In this document: in pieces, positions 36,441 through 45,571 of the stretch
Numbering within the stretch: position 1 is the first letter of the stretch
Layout of the letters: the number at the start of each line of letters is the position of its first letter
Origin: Acidobacteria bacterium 28-9
Lineage (GTDB): Bacteria; Acidobacteriota; Blastocatellia; Pyrinomonadales; Pyrinomonadaceae
NCBI GenBank assembly: GCA_002050355.1
Contig: MWYY01000062.1
Span: forward strand, 73,247-137,246
Direction: 5' to 3'
DNA length: 64,000 nt
Notes under the pieces: model-generated
Database searches by the model: none
Seen by the model: the letters and a program-made list of their open reading frames with translations, nothing else
What the model was told of the DNA's origin: nothing
Program-made: the position numbers and the translations under genes

Positions 36441-37805
36441 ATGATGTCTAAAAAATTCGTTTTTACAGTATCCTTATTGATTTTGTTTTCGGTTCAATTT
36501 AGCTTAGCTCAAGTAAGAGTCGATGAAATCGCAAGTGCGGCAAGCGCCAAACTCAATCGTTCACGCGGTTTAACTATGCTCGATGAAATAAAGAGTATTA
36601 TCAAACAAAGATATTTCGATAAGAATTTTCGCGGCATAAATATAGACGAAAGATTTAAGATTGCCGCTGAAAGAATTAAAAATGTGGACACCAATAAACA
36701 AATTTTCCGCATTATTGCACAAGTCCTTTTGGAGTTTAACGATTCTCACACGCGATTTTATCCGCCGAACCGGGCATATCGAGTTGAATATGGTTTTACG
36801 ATGCAGATGATTGGCAATAACTGTTTCGTTACGGACGTTAAAAAAGGTAGTGATGCCGAAGCAAAAGGCTTGAAAGCCGGAGATATAATAGCGGCAATCG
36901 GGCAATATGCTCTTACAAAGAAAAACCTTTGGAAGATAAATTATACTTTTTATGCACTCGACCCGCAGGAAAGCATCAAGCTTTACGTGCTTACGCCAGA
37001 CCGCAAGGAGCGCGAAATCGATATTAAGTCAACCTTTAAATCTATCGAAGAAAGACGAAAAGAAGCGGAGAAAAGGCGCAGCGAGAAACGGGAAAATCCG
37101 TATAAGTGCCGGGAAATAAATTCAGAGGTAATTGCCTGCAGACTCGAGACTTTTGTTGTTGATAAAAGAATTATTGACAAGATGTTTGCTGAGGTAGGTT
37201 CGCATAAAAAACTTATTTTGGACTTACGCGGCAACGGCGGCGGCTACATCAAAACTGAAGAATATCTGACCGGACATTTCTTTGACCATGATGTGAAAAC
37301 CGCTACTTTCATATCGCGTTATAAAACCGAAGAGCGCATTGCCAAAACCCAAAAGGAAAAGGTTTATAAAGGCGAACTTATCGTTTTGATAGACAGCAAT
37401 TCGGCTTCGGCTTCCGAGATATTTTCGCGTGTTATACAACTTGAAAAGCGTGGAAAAATTATGGGCGATGTCAGCGCCGGAGCAGTTATGACAAGTAACT
37501 TTATTCAGATGACAAATGCACGCGGAGTTCCCGATTATGAAACATTTTCTTCTTTTGCATTAAGCCTGACGATTGCCGATATGATTATGAGCGACGGTAA
37601 TAGATTAGAAAATGTCGGCGTGATTCCTGATTATCCCGTCGGTCCAAACGGAGAAGCCTTGTCAAAAAAAACCGACCCCGTTCTAGCTTATTCTGCCGAA
37701 CTCTTAGGAGCAAAGCTGACGCCTGAAGATGCGGGCAAATTCTATTTTCTAACTAAAAAGTCGGAGGAAGATGATAAAGAAAATTCCGACACGGAAGAAA
37801 AATAA
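36441..37805 (+). CDS. S41 family (C-terminal processing / tail-specific) peptidase with PDZ domain
   Basis: Signal peptide, PDZ-like GLKAGDII, LDLRGNGGG, and the catalytic-Ser context DSNSASASEIF. Confidence 0.8.
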   Translation: MMSKKFVFTVSLLILFSVQFSLAQVRVDEIASAASAKLNRSRGLTMLDEIKSIIKQRYFDKNFRGINIDERFKIAAERIKNVDTNKQIFRIIAQVLLEFNDSHTRFYPPNRAYRVEYGFTMQMIGNNCFVTDVKKGSDAEAKGLKAGDIIAAIGQYALTKKNLWKINYTFYALDPQESIKLYVLTPDRKEREIDIKSTFKSIEERRKEAEKRRSEKRENPYKCREINSEVIACRLETFVVDKRIIDKMFAEVGSHKKLILDLRGNGGGYIKTEEYLTGHFFDHDVKTATFISRYKTEERIAKTQKEKVYKGELIVLIDSNSASASEIFSRVIQLEKRGKIMGDVSAGAVMTSNFIQMTNARGVPDYETFSSFALSLTIADMIMSDGNRLENVGVIPDYPVGPNGEALSKKTDPVLAYSAELLGAKLTPEDAGKFYFLTKKSEEDDKENSDTEEK

Positions 37806-37943
37806 TCGTAAAGAAAAATGGATAAAATTAATTCTTTCCATTTAACCGGACATCAAGAGACTTTTTACTTTATATATCGCATTACTTTGCGTTCCTAACT
37901 GATATATATCACAAATCTTAAATTCCTAAATTTGGAGAATCGA

Positions 37944-40900
37944 ATGAAAAAACGAGGATTAAAAGTCCAAGTCGTTGTGTGTATAACACTTCTTTTCTTA
38001 TGCTTAAATGTCGTTCCGTTTTGGGCGCAAACGACAAATCATAGTAAAAATACAGCCGAAAAAATGACGGAAACGTCGGCGACGGCAAATCTCTCCTGGC
38101 GTAGTATCGGTCCTGCAAATATGGGCGGGCGTGTTGCCGATGTCGAAGGCGTGCCGGGCGATCCGAATATTGTTTACGTTGCTACCGGTTCGGGCGGAAT
38201 TTTCAAAACAACAAACGGCGGAATGAAATGGACGCCGATTTTTGACCGGCAAAATACGATTTCCGTCGGCGACATCGCGCTTGAGCCGGGAAATCCCGAT
38301 GTTATTTGGGTCGGCACGGGCGAATCGAACACGCGCAATAGCGTTTCTTTCGGCGATGGCGTTTATAAATCAACCGACGGCGGAAAGAGTTGGAAACATC
38401 TCGGTTTGAAGGATACGAACACGATTTCAAAAATCATCGTGCATCCGAAAAATCCTGATATTGCATACGTCGCGGCAGTCGGTCACGTTTGGGGCGCGAA
38501 TGAAGAGCGCGGCGTTTTTATGACGACCGACGGCGGTAAGACCTGGCAAAAAACTTTGTATATTGACCAGTTTCACGGCGCGTCGGATTTGGAAATTGAC
38601 CCGCAGAATCCGAATATTCTTTACGTCGGGATGTGGCGTTTTGAGCGCAAGCCGTGGACGTTTACGAGCGGTTCGGAACAAGGCGGAATTTTCCGTTCGA
38701 CCGACGGCGGCAGAACGTGGAATAAAGTTGATAAAGGTTTGCCGAAATTGATTGGTAGAATCGGTCTTGCGGTTGCAGCAAGTAATACGAATGTCGTTTA
38801 CGCCATTCTCGAATCGAAAGACGGAACGCTTTACCGTTCGGACGACAAAGGCGAAACTTTCCGGCAGGTTTATAAAAATCAAAACATTGTCGGACGCGGA
38901 TTTTATTACACGACCGTGCGTGTTGACCCGACGAATGAAGATAAAGTTTATGCGGTTTCTTCGCCGCTTTTCGTATCATCAGACGGCGGGCGCAGTTTCA
39001 CTAGGATTTCACCAAACACACACATTGATTATCACGCGCTCTGGATTGACCCGCTCAATCCGAAGCGTATGTGGCAAGGACAGGATGGCGGCGTTGCCGT
39101 AACAATGGACGGGAAGGTTTGGGATTATATCAACAATCTTCCAATCGGACAGTTTTATCAGGTTTTCGCCGACAACCGCGAGCCTTTTTATAATCTGTCG
39201 GGTGGGCTTCAGGATAATGGAACATGGACGGGACCGAGCCGAAATCGTGAGCCTGCGGGAATTATGAACGACGATTGGCGAATGATCAGCTTCGGTGACG
39301 GCTTTTTTGCGATTGCCAATCAAGACAATCCAGATTTGTATCTGACCGAATCACAAGGCGGAAACGTAGTCAGAACCGATATGCGAAACCGCGAGCAGCA
39401 ATTGGTCGTGCCGTATTTCGGCGTCGGCGGCGCGGCGGAAAACGACAAATATCGTTTTAACTGGAATGCTCCTTTAATACTTTCGCCGCACGATAAAAAC
39501 ACGGTTTACTTAGGCGGCAGTTCGGTTTTTAAATCAATTGATTTCGGAAAAACCTGGACGACAATCAGTCCCGATTTGACGACGAACAACCTCACTCGCC
39601 TCAAGGACGCAGGCGGACCGGTTTTCACCGAAAACACTTCCGCTGAACATTACGAAACCGTTATCAGCCTTGCCGAATCGCCGCTTCAAGCCGGTTTGAT
39701 TTGGGCTGGAACTGACGACGGAAATTTGCAGGTTACAACGGACGGTGGAAAGAATTGGGCAAATATCGTTAAAAATGTGCCGAAAATGCCAGCCGATTCG
39801 TCCGTTTCGCACGTCGAACCGTCGCTCACGAATACGAATACGGCTTACATTTCATTTGACCGTCATAAATTTGATGATTATAAGCCTTACGTTTTCAAAA
39901 CAACCGACGGCGGAAAAAACTTTACAAATATTACCGGAAATTTACCGGAAAAGGCTTACGTCCACGTAGTAACGGAAGACAGGCGCAACCCGAATTTGCT
40001 TTATGCCGGAACTGAATTGGGTTTGTATGCTACCTATAACGGCGGTAGAAATTGGATGGAACTGAATATGAAAAATCTGCCGCGCGTCGCCGTTCACGAT
40101 GTCGTCCTTCACGCGCGCGACAACGATTTAATTTTGGCGACGCACGGGCGCAGTTTGTGGGTTTTTGACGACGCCGCGCCGATTCAGCAAATGAACGACA
40201 CCGTTTTGCAAAACCCGACGTATATGTTCGACGTGCGCCTGGCATATCGTTTTTCGACGATGATGACTCGCTACGGCATCGGTGACAAACTTTTTCAAGG
40301 CGCGAATCCGCCGCGCGGGGCGATTATTACTTATTATTTGAAGGACAAACCGGACGAAAAAATCCAACTTAAACTTGAGATTTCCGATGCCGGCGGCAAA
40401 AAAATTGCCGAGGTAAAAAATTTGCCGAAGGAAAAAGGCTTAAATCGCACAAGTTGGAATTTGAGTTATGAAGGCGAACGCCTGCGTCGCGCCCCGACAG
40501 CCGAACAAAGCGCATTTGCCGGCAATCCGCGCGGACCGCAGGCAATGCCCGGAACTTATACGATTCGATTGTTTGTCGGCGATAAAGTCGTGCAGGAAAA
40601 AAAGGTTGAAGTTCGCGTTGACCCGACTGTTTCGGTTACAACCGCCGAGTTGCAGTCGCAGTTAGATTTATCTTTGCGCCTTCGCGATATACTCTCGACA
40701 CTCAACGACGGGCTTCGACTGCTCGACAGCGCGAAACAGCAAGCCGAGCAAATCGAGCGAGTTGCAAAAGACCGTCTGACGGAAGTTCCGGAGGATTTGA
40801 CCAAAGCTCTGACCGATTACAAAAAACGAATTGACACGATAACCGGCGATTTGGTTGTCGGCGAAGAAGACGGCATCCGCGCTTCCGCAAAACTAACCGA

Positions 40901-41117
40901 CCAAATCGGCGGCTTATACAATACCGTCGGGGACGGCAATTTCTCGCCGACGGCAGCGATGCGCGAACAGTTTGGTTTACTGCAAACACGGTTGCCGTCC
41001 AAAGTTAGCGAAATAAACGGCTTTATCAACAACGATACGCAAAAAATGAACGCCGCTTTGCTAAAAGCCGGACTTCCCGTTATTGTTGTCGGCAAAGCAA
41101 TTGAGTCGCCGCAGTAA
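37944..41117 (+). CDS. Secreted BNR/Asp-box repeat, sortilin(VPS10)/GH74-like beta-propeller protein
   Basis: At least 8 Asp-box motifs (STDGGKSW, TTDGGKTW, STDGGRTW, SDDKGETF, SSDGGRSF, TTDGGKNW, TTDGGKNF, YNGGRNW). Signal peptide follows ATG 37944. Confidence 0.75.
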   Translation: MKKRGLKVQVVVCITLLFLCLNVVPFWAQTTNHSKNTAEKMTETSATANLSWRSIGPANMGGRVADVEGVPGDPNIVYVATGSGGIFKTTNGGMKWTPIFDRQNTISVGDIALEPGNPDVIWVGTGESNTRNSVSFGDGVYKSTDGGKSWKHLGLKDTNTISKIIVHPKNPDIAYVAAVGHVWGANEERGVFMTTDGGKTWQKTLYIDQFHGASDLEIDPQNPNILYVGMWRFERKPWTFTSGSEQGGIFRSTDGGRTWNKVDKGLPKLIGRIGLAVAASNTNVVYAILESKDGTLYRSDDKGETFRQVYKNQNIVGRGFYYTTVRVDPTNEDKVYAVSSPLFVSSDGGRSFTRISPNTHIDYHALWIDPLNPKRMWQGQDGGVAVTMDGKVWDYINNLPIGQFYQVFADNREPFYNLSGGLQDNGTWTGPSRNREPAGIMNDDWRMISFGDGFFAIANQDNPDLYLTESQGGNVVRTDMRNREQQLVVPYFGVGGAAENDKYRFNWNAPLILSPHDKNTVYLGGSSVFKSIDFGKTWTTISPDLTTNNLTRLKDAGGPVFTENTSAEHYETVISLAESPLQAGLIWAGTDDGNLQVTTDGGKNWANIVKNVPKMPADSSVSHVEPSLTNTNTAYISFDRHKFDDYKPYVFKTTDGGKNFTNITGNLPEKAYVHVVTEDRRNPNLLYAGTELGLYATYNGGRNWMELNMKNLPRVAVHDVVLHARDNDLILATHGRSLWVFDDAAPIQQMNDTVLQNPTYMFDVRLAYRFSTMMTRYGIGDKLFQGANPPRGAIITYYLKDKPDEKIQLKLEISDAGGKKIAEVKNLPKEKGLNRTSWNLSYEGERLRRAPTAEQSAFAGNPRGPQAMPGTYTIRLFVGDKVVQEKKVEVRVDPTVSVTTAELQSQLDLSLRLRDILSTLNDGLRLLDSAKQQAEQIERVAKDRLTEVPEDLTKALTDYKKRIDTITGDLVVGEEDGIRASAKLTDQIGGLYNTVGDGNFSPTAAMREQFGLLQTRLPSKVSEINGFINNDTQKMNAALLKAGLPVIVVGKAIESPQ

Positions 41118-41127
41118 AATCAGATAT

Positions 41128-41173
41128 CAGGTGTTAGGTTTTAGTTTGGAATCTTTCTAAAACCTAACACCTG
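41128..41173. terminator. Bidirectional hairpin (copy B of the dispersed element) between the BNR gene and crcB
   Basis: caggtgttaggtttta (41128-41143) pairs perfectly with taaaacctaacacctg (41158-41173). Confidence 0.6.
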
Positions 41174-41184
41174 ACACCTATCAC

Positions 41185-41568
41185 CTAAAATCTTTTTGCC
41201 AGCCAAACGCCGCTCAAAACACCGATTAACCCGAGCGCAAAACTCAGCGCGACATACAAAATCGCCGTCGTAAGTTGTTTTTCGCGGACGAGCACGAAAG
41301 TTTCAAATTCAAACGTCGAAAAAGTCGTGTATGCGCCGAGAAATCCGACAATGATTGCCAGCCGCAAATTTTCACTGATCGTAAATTTCTCGGCGAAAAG
41401 AATCAGCAGAAAACCGATGCAAAACGAACCGGAAATATTTATAAAAAACGTGGCGAACGGAAACGATTGAAAAATATTTGAAAGCGGCGAGATGTTCAGC
41501 AAATACCGTGCGACCGCGCCTAATGCCCCGCCTACGGCTACCGCAAAGATTTTTGTCAAACTTTCCAT
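41185..41568 (-). CDS. crcB: Fluoride efflux channel CrcB/FluC
   Basis: 127 aa, 4 TM, with GGALGAVARY and GFLGAYTTFSTF motifs. Confidence 0.85.
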   Translation of the reverse strand: MESLTKIFAVAVGGALGAVARYLLNISPLSNIFQSFPFATFFINISGSFCIGFLLILFAEKFTISENLRLAIIVGFLGAYTTFSTFEFETFVLVREKQLTTAILYVALSFALGLIGVLSGVWLAKRF

Positions 41569-41632
41569 TTTTTGAAAATCATCTTAAATAAATAAAAATA
41601 ATTATAAACTTTTGGTTCTGAAATATTTCTAT

Positions 41633-42376
41633 TCATTTCCTAATCGGCTTATAAAATTTTGCCAAAAGGCGCGGCGGAAACCCGATCCAGTAAAGCCCTT
41701 GAAAGAAAGACCAACGCGAGAAGGTCAGCAAAAACGAGCGGTTTTCAAAACGGCGCGAAGATGTCGTAACAGGTAAATTTATATGCACGAAGCGACCGCG
41801 CTGGCGCTGCAATCTTTTATACAAATCCAAGTCTTCAAAAATCGGTAAGAAACGAAATCCGCCGATTTTTTCATAAACATCACGACGAACGAAAATCGCC
41901 GAATCGCCATAGACAAGCCCGATTGAGCGCAAGTAAGGATAAAGTTTGGTTAGAAACCGCGCCCAACGATTTTCCCCGGCAAAGGTAATCTCGAAATTTC
42001 CGCCGACGACTTCCCTGTAACGCATAAACTGTTTGATTTGTCTGGCGCTTCCCTGCACGGGTCTGGTGTCTGCGTGGAGAAACCAAAAAACTTCGCCTTT
42101 TGCGTGTTTTGTTCCTTCATGAAGCTGGCGTCCGCGGTTTGCTTCAGCCATTTTTATTATTTTTAATTTTTTTAATTTTTCAAAACTATCAATGATTTCG
42201 ATTGTTTTGTCGGAACTGCCGCCGTCAACGACAACTACTTCATCAACATTTATAAGGCGAGACACGGCGTCGAGTGTTTTTTTTATTGAAAGCTCCTCGT
42301 TAAAAGTTGGAACAATAATGGAAATTTCAACCGAAGATTTGGTGTTTATAAATGTCGGGTCTAAAAGGTTTGGCAC
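41633..42376 (-). CDS. Family 2 glycosyltransferase, TIGR04283-like
   Basis: ISIIVPTFNEE, VVVDGGSSDKT, FLHADT, YGDSAIFVRR..Y..IGGF, EDLDLY.RL and TSSRRF blocks. Confidence 0.75.
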   Translation of the reverse strand: MPNLLDPTFINTKSSVEISIIVPTFNEELSIKKTLDAVSRLINVDEVVVVDGGSSDKTIEIIDSFEKLKKLKIIKMAEANRGRQLHEGTKHAKGEVFWFLHADTRPVQGSARQIKQFMRYREVVGGNFEITFAGENRWARFLTKLYPYLRSIGLVYGDSAIFVRRDVYEKIGGFRFLPIFEDLDLYKRLQRQRGRFVHINLPVTTSSRRFENRSFLLTFSRWSFFQGLYWIGFPPRLLAKFYKPIRK

Positions 42377-42648
42377 GTTTTTGCTGAAAGTTTTGCAATC
42401 GAAATTTATTGCGCCTAATCTAAAAAGCGCTTTTGTCAGGTCAGCTGGAAATTATTTCGGTTTCCTCTTACACTTTAATTTCACACACCTAAATAAAGCA
42501 ATATAAATTTAGCTTTTTTCAAGTTATTTTTCGCGGAAACAATGCTTGTCGGGAAAACAAAAAATTTTACTGTATTTCGCTTTTCCAAGTTCATCTGATG
42601 GCTTTGATTCAATTCAAAATGATATTCTCAAATTAGCAGTAAAATTTT

Positions 42649-43917
42649 ATGTTTAATAATTTTGTAAAGCCGCGTCGCGTCGTAATCACGGGTTTCGGGT
42701 GCGTTACGCCAATCGGCATCGGACGCGAAAATTTTTGGACGGCTTTAAGACACGGTGAAAGCGGCGTGCGGCAAATCGAAAGTTTCGATGTTTCCGATTC
42801 GAAGGTTAAAATCGCGGCGGAGATTAAGGGTTTTGATTGGGAAGCTGAGTTAAACGCCAAAGACCGCAAGCACGTTTCGCGCACCGTTCCGCTTGCTTTG
42901 CGGGCAGCCCGCGAAGCGGTCAAGGATGCAAAAATAGAGACGGAAGAATTGAGCTTGGCGGAGAGACAAAATTTCGGTGTCGTTTTGGGAACAGGCGGCG
43001 GCGGGCTTGAATTTACCGAGAGACAATATAAATACTGGTTTACAGGCGAAGAAAACAAAGCCAGCGTTTATACAATTCCGGCTTCGACGCACGGCGGATT
43101 ATCTTCGGAGCTTTCGATGGTTTTCGGTTTGCACGGACTATCTCACATCGTATCGACCGGCTGCACAAGTTCAACCGACGCAATTGCTTACGCGGCACAG
43201 AACATTGCGCTTGGCAAACACGATTTTATGCTTACGGGCGGTGTTGATGCGCCGATTGCGCGCGGAATTCTTGAAGGTTTTAATTTGATGACGGTTTTGA
43301 CCGACGATTGGAACGATGAACCGCAGCGTGCGTCACGTCCGTTTTCGGCTAATCGTTCGGGAATCGTTCTGGGTGAAGGCGCGTGGATTTTTGTGCTGGA
43401 AACTTTAGACGGCGCGCTATCTAGAAACGCAAAAATTTACGCGGAAATAAAAGGTTACGGTTCGACCTGCGATGCTTATCATCGCGTTCGTTTGCAGGAA
43501 AACGGCAATGAACCGGCGCGTGCGATGCAAATTGCAATGCAGGACGCAAATGTTTCGCCCGAAGAAATTGATTACATAAATCTGCACGGAACTTCGACGC
43601 AATTAAACGACCGCATCGAAACGCAAGCTGTAAAAAACGCTTTCGGCAAGCGCGCTTATAAAATTCCGGCAAGCGCGACGAAATCTCAAATAGGACATCC
43701 GCAGGGCGCGAGTGGTGCGGCTGGAATCGGCGCCGCTCTTTTAGCTTTGAACGAAAACATTATTGCTCCGACAATAAATCTAGACGTTCCCGATGAGGAA
43801 TGCGACTTAGATTACACGCCAAACGCGGCAAAAGAAAAAGCCGACGTAAAAATCGCTTTGTGCAACTGCATCGGCTTCGGCTCGAAAAATTCGGCATTGA
43901 TTTTAGGGAAAATCTAG
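42649..43917 (+). CDS. Beta-ketoacyl-[ACP] synthase family protein (KAS I/II type)
   Basis: RRVVITG start, active-site Cys context STGCTSS, HGTSTQLND and GH.QGASG motifs. Confidence 0.85.
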   Translation: MFNNFVKPRRVVITGFGCVTPIGIGRENFWTALRHGESGVRQIESFDVSDSKVKIAAEIKGFDWEAELNAKDRKHVSRTVPLALRAAREAVKDAKIETEELSLAERQNFGVVLGTGGGGLEFTERQYKYWFTGEENKASVYTIPASTHGGLSSELSMVFGLHGLSHIVSTGCTSSTDAIAYAAQNIALGKHDFMLTGGVDAPIARGILEGFNLMTVLTDDWNDEPQRASRPFSANRSGIVLGEGAWIFVLETLDGALSRNAKIYAEIKGYGSTCDAYHRVRLQENGNEPARAMQIAMQDANVSPEEIDYINLHGTSTQLNDRIETQAVKNAFGKRAYKIPASATKSQIGHPQGASGAAGIGAALLALNENIIAPTINLDVPDEECDLDYTPNAAKEKADVKIALCNCIGFGSKNSALILGKI

Positions 43918-44002
43918 CGAGCGACTAATTGTTTGTAATAAAAAAGCGCGAATTATTAAAAGCCGCGCCGCAAATTTCAGCTTATAATTTTAGAAAAAAA
44001 AT

Positions 44003-44272
44003 TTAATTGTTGTTAAAATTTATATCCGAAGATACTGCCGGCGGATAATGGAAAGAACCGAACGCCTGCAAGGTTTCAATATCGAAACGCTTTCGCGCGC
44101 CACAGCTCAAACAAGAACGATACGAATCTTTTCCGATTGTAAACGGACGACTCAATTGTTTATGCCAGCAGCCGAAAATTGAGCCGAATAAACCTATTTT
44201 ATTGCCGAACGCCCCGTCGGTTCGGTTGTTTAAAGATTTTGCTATTCTGTTTTGTTCTAAAATCGCCTGCAT
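44003..44272 (-). CDS. Small hypothetical protein with a putative zinc ribbon
   Basis: CWH...x18...CLSCG arrangement. 89 aa. No family recognised. Confidence 0.45.
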   Translation of the reverse strand: MQAILEQNRIAKSLNNRTDGAFGNKIGLFGSIFGCWHKQLSRPFTIGKDSYRSCLSCGARKRFDIETLQAFGSFHYPPAVSSDINFNNN

Positions 44273-44509
44273 TTTATTACTCCCCTCTTGATATTTCCCT
44301 TACACACTGAATTTCAATTTTATTCCCTGTTTTAGAACCACATTGCAAGGAATATTTTGCGGTTTTTATGATGAAGTTTTGACACAAAAGTTTGCTAATC
44401 TAATGTCAATCTGAAACAAATAAAATTTGAACGGCGTTTTTCTTTCGCTGCTTTCTTTAATTTTATATCTTCGCTAAAATCGTTCATATAAATATTTGGA
44501 GAATAAACG

Positions 44510-45502
44510 ATGAAAAACCGCTTTGTTAAAATTTTCTTTCTTTTTGCAATAATTGTTGTTTCGGTTTCCCGCGCATCGGCTTGGGACGATACGGGACATA
44601 AACTCACCACGTACATCGCTTGGGAACAAATGACGCCGCAGGCTAGAGACGCAATGATAAAGGTGCTTTTGAGCGCACCGGAAGATTCCGATTTGAGCGT
44701 TTTTTATTTGCAGGATTCGCGCTCTGCTGTCGCTAAACAACGCGAATTGTTTATGATTGCATCAACCTGGGCAGATATTGTTCGCGATAAAAAATTCAAA
44801 AACCGTAACGCGAAATATCATCACGGAACCTGGCATTATCTCGATACTTTCTTCCGCAACACAAACGGGCGAGTTGAAATTGTTACCGATTTAGAATCCG
44901 ACAAGGAAAACGCCGTCGAGCGTCTTTTTACGTTTGATAAAGTTTTGCGTAATACTTCGACATCGAATGAGGACAAAGCAATTGCGCTCGCTTGGATTTT
45001 GCACGTAGGCGGCGATATTCATCAACCGCTCCACGCTACGGCGCGCGTAACGAACATTGAACCAAAAGGTGACCAAGGCGGAAATCTTTTTGAACTCTCG
45101 CCAAAAGATACGCCGCGCGAAGATAAAGTTAACCTCCACTGGTTTTGGGATTCGATTGTCGGACGAAATATTCCGCGTGTGAATGATGCTTGCGATTCAG
45201 ATTACCTTCCGGCAATTGCGCAGCAAATGACAAAAAAATATCCGTTTGCAAAAATGCGTAGCCGTTTGAAAATTGGAAAATTCGACGAATGGCAGCAGGA
45301 AAGCTTCCGTATCTCTTCGACGGAAGTTTACCCGCCGACTTTGAAACGTTTTGAAATGCCGTCAGAAGCATATAAAAAACGGGCTTTCCAAATAGCGCAG
45401 GAACAAATCACGCTGGCAGGTTATCGCTTGGGAGAAATGCTCAACCAAATTTTTAGCATTCAAGTCTCCTCGAATGAATCAGTAAAAATAACAAAGAAAT
45501 AA
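44510..45502 (+). CDS. S1/P1 nuclease family protein, secreted
   Basis: The mature N-terminus WDDTGHKLTTYIA (family hallmark W-G/D..GH) and HVGGDIHQPLH are present. Signal peptide is present. Confidence 0.8.
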   Translation: MKNRFVKIFFLFAIIVVSVSRASAWDDTGHKLTTYIAWEQMTPQARDAMIKVLLSAPEDSDLSVFYLQDSRSAVAKQRELFMIASTWADIVRDKKFKNRNAKYHHGTWHYLDTFFRNTNGRVEIVTDLESDKENAVERLFTFDKVLRNTSTSNEDKAIALAWILHVGGDIHQPLHATARVTNIEPKGDQGGNLFELSPKDTPREDKVNLHWFWDSIVGRNIPRVNDACDSDYLPAIAQQMTKKYPFAKMRSRLKIGKFDEWQQESFRISSTEVYPPTLKRFEMPSEAYKKRAFQIAQEQITLAGYRLGEMLNQIFSIQVSSNESVKITKK

Positions 45503-45571
45503 AATTAAAACTTGAGATTTATGAAGAGTTTGCTTTGATTAAAGACAATTAAATATATTTTTTATTTTACT

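Noticed and set aside
41569-42648. Looked for a fluoride (crcB-motif) riboswitch upstream of crcB or of the GT2-crcB operon
   Set aside because: The 64-nt crcB-GT2 gap and the 272-nt region upstream of the GT2 gene are AT-rich. On the minus strand I could not find the conserved GGnGAUGG...CUGAUGA-type core. Only a plus-strand ctgatgg at ~42595 was seen, in the wrong orientation.
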